From positions 30,001 through 62,000 of the forward strand of contig CAKUIA010000009.1 in NCBI GenBank assembly GCA_934660865.1: 32,000 bases of DNA. The letters run 5' to 3'. This DNA is from an uncultured Opitutales bacterium. Lineage in GTDB: Bacteria > Verrucomicrobiota > Verrucomicrobiia > Opitutales > Intestinicryptomonadaceae. Within the stretch, counting starts at the first letter, position 1. Every line of letters starts with the position of its first letter. This document shows, in pieces, positions 18,447-26,064 of this stretch. The notes under the pieces were generated by a model. The model did no database searches. It was not told the origin of the DNA and saw only the letters and a list, made by a program, of their open reading frames with translations. Made by a program: the position numbers and the translations under genes.

Positions 18447-18988
18447 AAAAAGCATACATATTCGCCACAATGTTGGAGGCCGAAGAATACATAAATTTTT
18501 TCGGTTTTTCGGAGCTTTTAAACAGGCCCTTTAAAACATATCTGGATTCGCAAAACCGCGTTTTGGCAATAAGCGAAATGGGGCTGAAAAACGCCGAAAA
18601 TTGCGCAACATATATGTGCGAAAATTTCGGTTTCGCCGAAATTGTAAACATAGGGGCGTGCGGCGCGCTTTCCGATAAATACAAAGTAGGCGATGTTTTG
18701 GTTTTGGACAACGCCGCGTTTTTAAGCGAGCTTGAAAATGCAAAGGCCGAACGCGAAACTTTGGCAAGCGCAAACGCGCCCGTTAAAGACAATGCCCAAC
18801 GGCTTAAATATTCGCAGTATGCCGATGTTGTGGATATGGAGGCCGCCGCCGTGCAAAGGGTTTGCGAAAGGTTCGGCAAAAAGTTTTGCGCGCTAAAATA
18901 TGTGAGCGACTTTTCGCAAAATTGCGACATTGCCGAAAACGTAAAAAAGCTTAGGGGAAAAGTTTTGGAAAAATACAGGCTTTTGTAA
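18437..18988 (+). CDS. mqnB: Futalosine/aminofutalosine hydrolase MqnB (MTA/SAH-nucleosidase fold)
   Basis: 183-aa ORF with PNP_UDP_1/MTAN-like motifs: ATMLEAEE (compare GAMEEE), NIGACGAL, and VVDMEAAAVQRVCERFGKKFCALKYVSDF (catalytic Asp retained). It overlaps mqnD by 10 nt. Confidence 0.75.
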   Translation: MPVKKAYIFATMLEAEEYINFFGFSELLNRPFKTYLDSQNRVLAISEMGLKNAENCATYMCENFGFAEIVNIGACGALSDKYKVGDVLVLDNAAFLSELENAKAERETLASANAPVKDNAQRLKYSQYADVVDMEAAAVQRVCERFGKKFCALKYVSDFSQNCDIAENVKKLRGKVLEKYRLL

Positions 18989-19030
18989 TGGCTTGATTTT
19001 TGGAGATAATTGTGGAGAAATAGACTGCGT

Positions 19031-19702
19031 ATGTTTAAGGAAAATAGAGCCATAGTTTTGCTTGCCGTGCTTGTTGTTGCAATGCTTTTGGTTGTGGGCG
19101 TTGCCTACGGCGAAAGGGCGCTGGCTTTTTATAACGAGCTGCTTGCGCATTCGAAACAGTATATGGACAGGCTAAACGAAGCTCCGTTGTGGGTGTACCC
19201 GCTTTTGCTTGCGGTGCTGCCCGTTGTAATGCTGCCTGTAAGCCCCATTCTTGTTTTGGCCGGCTCGCGCCCCGAGCCTTTGTGGATTGTAATTTTAGCC
19301 TGCATGTTAGGGCACACTTTAAGCATAACAATATCGTATTTTATAGGCGTAAAATTCGGCAAATTTTTGGGCGCGTTTTTGGAAAGGCGCGGGTATAAAA
19401 TGCTGAAAGCCTCGCTAGAGCACGAGAGCGAATTGATTGTAATAACAAGGCTTATTCCCGGCAACCCGCTTGCCGTGCAAAACTACCTGCTGGGCATAGC
19501 AAGGGTTGGCGCGCTAAAATATTTTCTGTATTCTTTGCCGATTCAATACATTACGCTTATAGCCTACATAGCCTTTGGCGACGGCATTTTAAACGGCAAG
19601 TTTTTCCCCTTTGCAACGGGAATTTCGGTTTTGGTTATAGTGGCGGTTGCCGCCAAAATAATAGTAAAAAAATTGGAAGCGCGCAAAAATGGAATTTCTT
19701 GA
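19031..19702 (+). CDS. TVP38/TMEM64 (DedA superfamily, SNARE-associated) membrane protein
   Basis: Multi-TM ORF with VMLPVSPILVLAGS and TRLIPGNPLAVQNYLLGIARV, typical of PF09335. The ORF track starts at a TTG at 19010. I prefer the ATG at 19031 (MFKENRAIVLL). Confidence 0.7.
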   Translation: MFKENRAIVLLAVLVVAMLLVVGVAYGERALAFYNELLAHSKQYMDRLNEAPLWVYPLLLAVLPVVMLPVSPILVLAGSRPEPLWIVILACMLGHTLSITISYFIGVKFGKFLGAFLERRGYKMLKASLEHESELIVITRLIPGNPLAVQNYLLGIARVGALKYFLYSLPIQYITLIAYIAFGDGILNGKFFPFATGISVLVIVAVAAKIIVKKLEARKNGIS

Positions 19703-20960
19703 GGCACCCGACGAAATACTTAATGTCGGCGAATTTTCGCGCAGGCTTAAAAATTTGTTCAAGCTAAGCTTGCCCGAAATGTGGATTAGGGGCGAAATTA
19801 GCAACCTGAAAACCTATTCCAGCGGGCACATATATTTTACGCTTAAAGACGAACAGGGGTGTTTGTCGGCGGTATTGTTTAAGGGCTTTTCCAGAAATAT
19901 GTCGCTAAAGCTTGCCGACGGAATGAAAATTTTGGCCTTCGGCGAAGTTTCGGTATACGAGCAAAGGGGCTCGTACCAGCTTATAGTAAAGGCGGCTCTT
20001 CCCGACGGCGAGGGCGGTTTGTTCCAAAAATTCCAGCTATTAAAGGAAAAGCTCGAAAAAGAGGGGCTGTTCGATTCTTCAAGGAAAAAGGAAATACCGC
20101 GCCTGCCGCAAAAGATTGCGGTTATAACGTCGCCTACGGGGGCTGCCGTAAGGGATTTTATAAGCATAGTTACCCGGCGCGGCTTTAAAGGCAGTATAGA
20201 TATTTTCCCGTCTCTTGTTCAGGGCGCGCTTGCCCCGAAACAGATAATCGAAAAAATAGAACAGGCCGAAAGTATTGGCGGCTACGACCTTCTTATTTTA
20301 ATGCGCGGGGGCGGCTCGCTTGAAGACCTTTGGGCATTTAACGACGAGGCTTTGGCGCGGAGGGTGTTTGCCTGCAAATATCCCACAATTTCGGCGGTGG
20401 GGCACGAGGTGGATTTTTCCCTTACCGATTTTACCGCAGACTTGCGCGCCGAAACGCCGTCGGCCGCCGCCGAGTATTTAACAAACGCCTATGCCGACGT
20501 TCTTGCCGACTTTAAAAATATGTCGGCTATGCTGGAAAAATCGGCAAGCTATGCGCTTGAAAACCTGCAAAACAAAGTGTCGGCTTTCGAAGCAAAGCTT
20601 AAACTTAACAGCCCCCAAGTTAAGCTCGACAATTTCAAGATTATGCTCGACGAAAAGTCGGCGAAAGCTGATTCGCTGGTTTCCAAACGCATTGCGCGCC
20701 TAAGGGGAATTTTGCACGAAAGCGAGCTTGCCTTTGCCAAACAAAACCCCAAGCCGAGAATGGACGTTTGCAAAGAAAGGCTTGCCGCGGCCGAAAAGGC
20801 GATGGCGCTGATGAGCTTTGAATCGTCTCTAAAAAGGGGCTGGGCTTTGGCGTTTAACGAAAGCGGCGCTTTAATTGGCAGGGCAAAGCAGATAAAAGAC
20901 GGCGACAATATTTCGCTTAGGTTTTACGACGGCTCGGTTAACGCCGTTGCAAAAAAATAG
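19689..20960 (+). CDS. xseA: Exodeoxyribonuclease VII large subunit
   Basis: 423-aa ORF with an N-terminal OB-fold segment (VGEFSRRLKNLF...WIRGEISNLKTYSSGHIYFTLKD). The catalytic core reads IAVITSPTGAAVRDF and RGGGSLEDLWAFNDE, followed by a C-terminal coiled coil. It overlaps the upstream gene by 14 nt. Confidence 0.95.
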   Translation: MEFLEAPDEILNVGEFSRRLKNLFKLSLPEMWIRGEISNLKTYSSGHIYFTLKDEQGCLSAVLFKGFSRNMSLKLADGMKILAFGEVSVYEQRGSYQLIVKAALPDGEGGLFQKFQLLKEKLEKEGLFDSSRKKEIPRLPQKIAVITSPTGAAVRDFISIVTRRGFKGSIDIFPSLVQGALAPKQIIEKIEQAESIGGYDLLILMRGGGSLEDLWAFNDEALARRVFACKYPTISAVGHEVDFSLTDFTADLRAETPSAAAEYLTNAYADVLADFKNMSAMLEKSASYALENLQNKVSAFEAKLKLNSPQVKLDNFKIMLDEKSAKADSLVSKRIARLRGILHESELAFAKQNPKPRMDVCKERLAAAEKAMALMSFESSLKRGWALAFNESGALIGRAKQIKDGDNISLRFYDGSVNAVAKK

Positions 20961-20980
20961 CGCGCAGAATTTAAAAGCAA

Positions 20981-21019
20981 AAACGCCGCAAATCCCCAAA
21001 GGAATGCGGCGTTTTTTTT
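20981..21019. terminator. Bidirectional rho-independent terminator between convergent genes
   Basis: The stem pairs aaacgccgca (20981-20990) with tgcggcgttt (21005-21014), followed by a T-run and preceded by an A-run. It sits between the xseA stop (20960) and the stop of the minus-strand gene at 21037. Confidence 0.75.
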
Positions 21020-21036
21020 GACGCGCTGCGATTTTT

Positions 21037-22353
21037 CTAATTGAACGCGCTTATGTCCGACAAGTCTATCTTTTGCGAGAACAGCTCTGCGCCTTTCGAG
21101 TCGAAGAATTTTACCGTTAGCGTTCTTGCGTTTTCCCCGCCCGAAAAGTTAAGCAGCACAAACGAGCGCTTAAATACGCCCGAAGCGGGTACTCTAAAAT
21201 AGTTTAGCTCTTTTGCGCTTTCGGCCGGGCGCGCGGTTGTAGGCCCCGCGGTTATGTCGAATACGGGGTAGGCTCCCGCCCTTACCATTCTTGAAATTTC
21301 GCCGTAGTTTTTGTTTGCCGAAACAAAAACAAGCCCGCTAATTTTCTCCCTTTGCACAAAGTCGAAAAACTCGTTCTTTTCGTTCTTTGCCATTGTAAAG
21401 TTTTCGAAGCTTTCGGCGGGGTTGCAAACGGGGGTGTTCATTACAACAACCTTAAAGTTTGCCGTAGACGCCTTTAGCGACTGCTTAAGCCAGTTAAGCT
21501 GCGTTCTGCCCAAAAACTCGCGCTTCTTTTTATTGTATTCTATGTTGTCCTTTTGCGAGCAGTCGTCTACAACGAAAAACTCGGCGTCGCCGTACCTAAA
21601 GCATGTGTGCATTGTGTTGTCGGGCGCGTTTTCGTCGCCGAAGGTCGGGTTGGGCCAAAAGGCCCTGAATGTGTCTTGGGCAATGTTTTTGCTAAACGAG
21701 GTTTTGTCGGCCTTGTCGGTAGCGTAGGCGTTTTGCGCCATTACGCCTATGTTTTGCACCGCGGTTAAAAGCGGCAGGCATTCCTTTTGCTTTCTTGAAT
21801 GTATGAAGCGCGAAAAGTAGCCGCCTTTCGAGCCCAGGTCGGCCGTGCGCAAAGTGTCGGCATTTGCGGCCCAAATTACGGCATCGGGCTTTTTCGCCAA
21901 AGCTGCGCCAAATATTTCGTACTCGCCGCCGGGAATTTTGTAGGCTTCGTCGTATAGCGCCTCGTTTGTGTGGCATTTGCCGAAAACGGCAACCGAAAAG
22001 TCGGGCGGGGGCGTTCTTGTAAGGTAGTCGGGCGAAGTTTTAAGCTTTCCCGAAAACAAAACGCCGCCTTTTGCGTCTAAAATTTCGTAGCTATATTCGC
22101 CGTTCGGTTCCAGGCCCCAAAGATTTTTTTTGCCTATGCCGAATTCGTCAAGGGCAACCGCATAGTTTTTTGAAAAGCCGTCTTTAAAAACTTTTACGGT
22201 TAAAACCGAATTTTCGCCGCCGTTAAGCCAAATGGAGGCCTGGCGCATGTCGGCCGCTCCGAGCATTGCCGACTGAAGGGGTGCCTTTGGCGCTTCGAAG
22301 CCGAATGCGGCCGCCGCCGAAAGCAAAAGAATAAGTTTTAGCGCGTTCTTCAT
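21037..22353 (-). CDS. Secreted PhoD-like (metallophosphatase-fold) protein with apparently degenerate active-site motifs
   Basis: 438-aa ORF with a signal peptide (MKNALKLILLLSAAAAFGF). Non-catalytic PhoD family segments are recognisable: VAVFGKCH, FRYGDAEFFVVDD and FLGRTQLNWLKQSLKASTANFKVVV. The expected GDxxY, DDHE and GDxH positions read AANADT, VQNIG and SANKNY. Confidence 0.5.
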   Translation of the reverse strand: MKNALKLILLLSAAAAFGFEAPKAPLQSAMLGAADMRQASIWLNGGENSVLTVKVFKDGFSKNYAVALDEFGIGKKNLWGLEPNGEYSYEILDAKGGVLFSGKLKTSPDYLTRTPPPDFSVAVFGKCHTNEALYDEAYKIPGGEYEIFGAALAKKPDAVIWAANADTLRTADLGSKGGYFSRFIHSRKQKECLPLLTAVQNIGVMAQNAYATDKADKTSFSKNIAQDTFRAFWPNPTFGDENAPDNTMHTCFRYGDAEFFVVDDCSQKDNIEYNKKKREFLGRTQLNWLKQSLKASTANFKVVVMNTPVCNPAESFENFTMAKNEKNEFFDFVQREKISGLVFVSANKNYGEISRMVRAGAYPVFDITAGPTTARPAESAKELNYFRVPASGVFKRSFVLLNFSGGENARTLTVKFFDSKGAELFSQKIDLSDISAFN

Positions 22354-22367
22354 TTTGTTTTGGTTTT

Positions 22368-22973
22368 CTATTGTTCGTTTGAAAGGTCAAGGCACATTTG
22401 GCGCAGGTCGAAAATGGCGGTGAAAAGCTCGTCTTTAATGCTGCGCGTTTCCCCGTGCGGGTAGCCCTGGATTTTCTCTATTTGCTTAAGCGCATAGTTA
22501 AGGCTGATAAGCGATTTTTTATATTGCCATTTTGCCAGCGCAAGCTCGCCCAAGTCGGTAGAATTTACCGCAAGCGTAAGGTTTTGCGAAACTTCCATCA
22601 TTACCTTTGCAACCTGCCAAATCGCCAAACTCGACATTTGGCAAAGCTCCATAAGGCTTTCTATCTTTTGGTTTGCAAACTTTATTATGCCCGAACTTAT
22701 GATGTAGATTGGGTGGTTTAATATGGTCCAGGGCTCGGAATTTTGCTCGAAATCGTTTTCGTCGGCGTCGGTGTCGGGCTTTAGGCTGTAGCCGTTTGCG
22801 TTGCAGATTTCCTCCAAGCCGGTGTATTTTCGGTTGGCCGCGTACGCCTCGGCAAACTCGGCTATGTCTTTGTCGGACCTTTGAATATAGCCAATCCAAT
22901 CTTTCGGCGTCCACGTTGTCGAAAAAAAGTCGTCGAAGTTAAAATCGAAACTGTCGAAATTTGAATTATCCAT
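22368..22973 (-). CDS. Hypothetical cytoplasmic protein, Phe/Asp-rich N-terminus, helical C-terminal half
   Basis: 201-aa ORF lying 14 nt upstream of the PhoD-like gene on the same strand. It has no TM segment or signal peptide and no family I recognise. The N-terminus is MDNSNFDSFDFNFDDFF. Confidence 0.55.
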   Translation of the reverse strand: MDNSNFDSFDFNFDDFFSTTWTPKDWIGYIQRSDKDIAEFAEAYAANRKYTGLEEICNANGYSLKPDTDADENDFEQNSEPWTILNHPIYIISSGIIKFANQKIESLMELCQMSSLAIWQVAKVMMEVSQNLTLAVNSTDLGELALAKWQYKKSLISLNYALKQIEKIQGYPHGETRSIKDELFTAIFDLRQMCLDLSNEQ

Positions 22974-23033
22974 ACTATATAAGCCGAAAAGCTTAACTAC
23001 ATAAAAGGCAAAGGTTCAAGACAATTTTGGCAA

Positions 23034-24692
23034 TTAGCCGTGCCTGCGCTTTTTGCACCCGTAGCATACGGCGGCCATTGCCAAAACGCTGTGTATTGCA
23101 AGCACAAGCAAAACCAGCCAAATGCCGGGCAGCTCGCTGAAATTCGACTGAGTCATAACGTAGGCGTCGTACAGCTTGCTGTCCTTCATTGTGGCCATAT
23201 ATCCCGACCAGCCCCAATAGGTGTTTATAAAGGGTCTGCAAACCCATACAAGCGATTCTGGCAGCGCAAGAACTACCCCCGAAAGCGGAAGCTGAAAGCC
23301 CACAAGGTATATCGACACCAAACTGGCCTTGTCGGGCGAGTTGCAAAGCGCGCTAAATGCCAGGCACACGAATGTCATGGAAACTCCCACCGCGCAAAGA
23401 ACGGCGGCCTGTGCGGCAAATTCGCCGGGGAATTTGCACGCATATTTTACAAACGCGCACATCCAAAGCGATTGGAACAGCGCTATAATGCTTACAAACG
23501 CGAATTTAGAAACGCAATAGGCAAAGGGGCTAAGCCCCAACAGCCTTTCCTTTTCGTACAAGCCCCTTTCCGAGGCAATTTCCCTTGCCCCGTTGTTCGA
23601 GGCAATAAGGTTTAGCAAAACAACCTGAAAGAGTATAAGCCCCGTAACCAAAGTGGAAACGTTTGCAGCCCTTATTTGCAGCGCCAAATTCGCCCTAAGC
23701 TCGTCTATAAAGCCCAAATTGCGGTCCAGCGCCAGGCTTTCTATTTGCGGAAGCCCGCCCAGCGCAAAAATTACAACTACAAGCGGAAACCCGAACGTTA
23801 TCGCCGAAGTTAAAAGCAAATATGAGGTATCCCTAAAAAACAGCGAAATTCTGCGCTTAAGCAAAACTTTTGCCTGCCTTGCCCAGCCGGGTTTTTGCAC
23901 CGCCTGCGGGATTTCGACCGGGTTTTCGAACTCGCACAGGCCGCGCGAACCCTGCTTTTGCAGCCAAAATTCCAGCGGCTTTTCGTTTAGGCGGTCGTAC
24001 AGCTTTAAAGGCGTGTCTATCTCGAAATATTCGTTAAGCTCCTTTAAAGTGCCCTGGAACACCGCGCGGCCTTCGTATATAACCGTTATAAGGTCGAAAT
24101 AGTCCAGCTTTGCAAGGTTGTGTATTATACATATAAAGGTTTTGCCCTCGTTTTGACAAAGGCCTTTAAGCAGGTCTAAAATGGCGTTTTCCGAAAGAGG
24201 GTCCAGCCCCGTTGTTATTTCGTCGCAGAACATTGCCGGCGGGTTGTTTGCAAGCTCCATTCCCAACCCTATGCGCCTAAGCTGCCCGCCCGAAAGCGAT
24301 TCTACCAACTTGTTTTCGTGGGCCTTTAGCCCCGTAATTTTCAGTATGTATTCTATTCGCTCGGCCTTTTTAGAGTCGTCTTTAAGGGCAATGTCGAGCG
24401 TGCCCTGTATGGTTTCGCGCACGGTAAGCTTGCCCTGTGCCTGCGTAAACTGCGGGGCAAAACCCACCCGCCCTACAATGTCGTTGCACGAGTTTATTTT
24501 TTGCCCGCAAAAAAACGAGTCGCCCGAAGCGTCTATAATCTTTAGCATTGCCTTTAAAAGCGTTGTTTTGCCGCAGCCGCTCGGGCCTATAACGGCGTTC
24601 ATTGCGTAGGGCTTAAAGGCAACGCTTGCGTTCTCCAGAATCGGTTTTTCCGAATTTGGTACTTTTACGGTTAAATTCTTACAGCTTAACAT
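23034..24692 (-). CDS. ABCG-type fused ABC transporter (N-terminal ATPase, C-terminal ABC-2 permease)
   Basis: 552-aa ORF with Walker A GPSGCGKTT, signature LSGGQLRRIGLGMEL, Walker B AMFCDEITTGLD and H-loop IIHN. About six hydrophobic helices fill the C-terminal half. The NBD-then-TMD order is as in ABCG/White-type half transporters. Confidence 0.88.
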   Translation of the reverse strand: MLSCKNLTVKVPNSEKPILENASVAFKPYAMNAVIGPSGCGKTTLLKAMLKIIDASGDSFFCGQKINSCNDIVGRVGFAPQFTQAQGKLTVRETIQGTLDIALKDDSKKAERIEYILKITGLKAHENKLVESLSGGQLRRIGLGMELANNPPAMFCDEITTGLDPLSENAILDLLKGLCQNEGKTFICIIHNLAKLDYFDLITVIYEGRAVFQGTLKELNEYFEIDTPLKLYDRLNEKPLEFWLQKQGSRGLCEFENPVEIPQAVQKPGWARQAKVLLKRRISLFFRDTSYLLLTSAITFGFPLVVVIFALGGLPQIESLALDRNLGFIDELRANLALQIRAANVSTLVTGLILFQVVLLNLIASNNGAREIASERGLYEKERLLGLSPFAYCVSKFAFVSIIALFQSLWMCAFVKYACKFPGEFAAQAAVLCAVGVSMTFVCLAFSALCNSPDKASLVSIYLVGFQLPLSGVVLALPESLVWVCRPFINTYWGWSGYMATMKDSKLYDAYVMTQSNFSELPGIWLVLLVLAIHSVLAMAAVCYGCKKRRHG

Positions 24693-24732
24693 TACACTTG
24701 AGATTTTTTATAAAATTAAAATAATTGCAACT

Positions 24733-25287
24733 ATGAATAGAATATTTTTTGCAATAATTTTAATGTTGTCGGTTTTTTCGGCGCAGGCGCGCGCCGCGCA
24801 GATTTCCACAGAGAGTATCGAAAATGCGCGGCTAACGGGCATAAAATTCGGCAACAATGCCGATATATACATAAAAAGCGACACCATTTGCTCGGTTTCG
24901 CTGCAAAGCTATATGCTTGCTAGCTTCGAGATTGCCGAGGTTGTTATAGACGTTCTGGGTTCGCCAAGCCAAATAAGGATATATGCGGTAAACGACAATT
25001 TTGTGTCGTCTAAAGGCGGCGTTATGCAAAAAGAAAACGGCGCTTTTTCGGCGGCTTCGGAAAGCGTAAGAAGCGCGCTTGAAAACGTCGAAAATACGGT
25101 GAAAGAGAAAAATCCCGCAAACATCAATGCCGTGATAAAGGAGTATCCCAGAACGACGCACAGCAAAACTTTGGAGTTTAAGGTGTCTTTTGGCGCCCTT
25201 AAAGAGTTCCACAAACTCTTTATTTCAGATTTTACTTGCAAAAACCCAAAAATTGCGGGGAAATTGTACATATTTGCCAAACAATGA
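24733..25287 (+). CDS. Secreted hypothetical protein
   Basis: 184-aa ORF with a Sec-type signal peptide (MNRIFFAIILMLSVFSAQARAAQ). I recognise no family. It is divergent from the ABC gene across only 40 bp. Confidence 0.55.
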   Translation: MNRIFFAIILMLSVFSAQARAAQISTESIENARLTGIKFGNNADIYIKSDTICSVSLQSYMLASFEIAEVVIDVLGSPSQIRIYAVNDNFVSSKGGVMQKENGAFSAASESVRSALENVENTVKEKNPANINAVIKEYPRTTHSKTLEFKVSFGALKEFHKLFISDFTCKNPKIAGKLYIFAKQ

Positions 25288-26063
25288 ACATCTTGAAAAA
25301 ATCGGTAGTAATAGCGTTGTCGTCGGCTTGCTGCATTGCGTTTTCGGCCGACAGAAAACCCGAGATTATAAGGGTTGGGGGCGATTCGTATCTGCTTGTA
25401 AAGCAAATAGAAAGCGTAAAGCAAAACGACATTTTCCAAAAAAACGTGTCTATATTGAGGCGCTACGACGCGGCGATTAAGGCCGCAAAAGACAGAAGCG
25501 AAACGGCTCCGGAAAGCGACAGGAAAATACTGTCGGTAAAGATAAAGCAGTTGGAGGACGAATACGCCGCAAACAACGCCGTAATGATTAAAACCTACAA
25601 TTTTTCGGGCGACCGAAAATATATGTTTTTGTTCGGCGAAGTGTATCTAAGCACGCCGCTTTCAAACGAAGAGGCGGAAAACCTGCGCACGAAAGAGGGC
25701 GTTGTTTTAGACCCGCAAAAGATTGCCCAAAAAGACAATCTTAAGCTATACAGGCAGCTTTCCATAAAAGAGCATAAAAAAATAGCGCAGTTCCAGCGGC
25801 TTATAACGTCTTTTACCGCAAAGCAGGCCGAGCTTAAAAAGCTGCGCGACCTTTCCGCAAAGGCCGAAAGCCCCGCCGAGCGCGAAAGCCTGGCTCTTAA
25901 AATTTCGCTTAGCGAAAAGTATTTAACGCAAACCGAGCTGCAGCTCGAAAAAGACTACGGCATGTTGCCCAAGCGCAACTACATATTGGAGGTAAAGAGC
26001 ATGAAAATTTACCTGCAATTAACTATGGAAGAATTGGTGCGCCTTTCGGCAAAAAACAAATAG
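25284..26063 (+). CDS. Secreted coiled-coil-rich hypothetical protein
   Basis: I place the start at the ATG at 25284 (MNILKKSVVIALSSACCIAFSADRK, a signal peptide), forming an ATGA overlap with the upstream stop. The track ORF starts at 25236 and adds 16 non-signal residues. The mature part is Lys/Glu/Gln-rich with heptad-like segments. It recalls Skp/OmpH only loosely. Confidence 0.55.
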   Translation: MNILKKSVVIALSSACCIAFSADRKPEIIRVGGDSYLLVKQIESVKQNDIFQKNVSILRRYDAAIKAAKDRSETAPESDRKILSVKIKQLEDEYAANNAVMIKTYNFSGDRKYMFLFGEVYLSTPLSNEEAENLRTKEGVVLDPQKIAQKDNLKLYRQLSIKEHKKIAQFQRLITSFTAKQAELKKLRDLSAKAESPAERESLALKISLSEKYLTQTELQLEKDYGMLPKRNYILEVKSMKIYLQLTMEELVRLSAKNK

Positions 26064-26064
26064 A

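Noticed and set aside
18406-19053. 215-aa minus-strand ORF covering mqnB
   Set aside because: The plus-strand frame has clear MTAN-fold motifs and operon-consistent overlaps. The antisense product is Ser/Phe/Ala-rich with no features.
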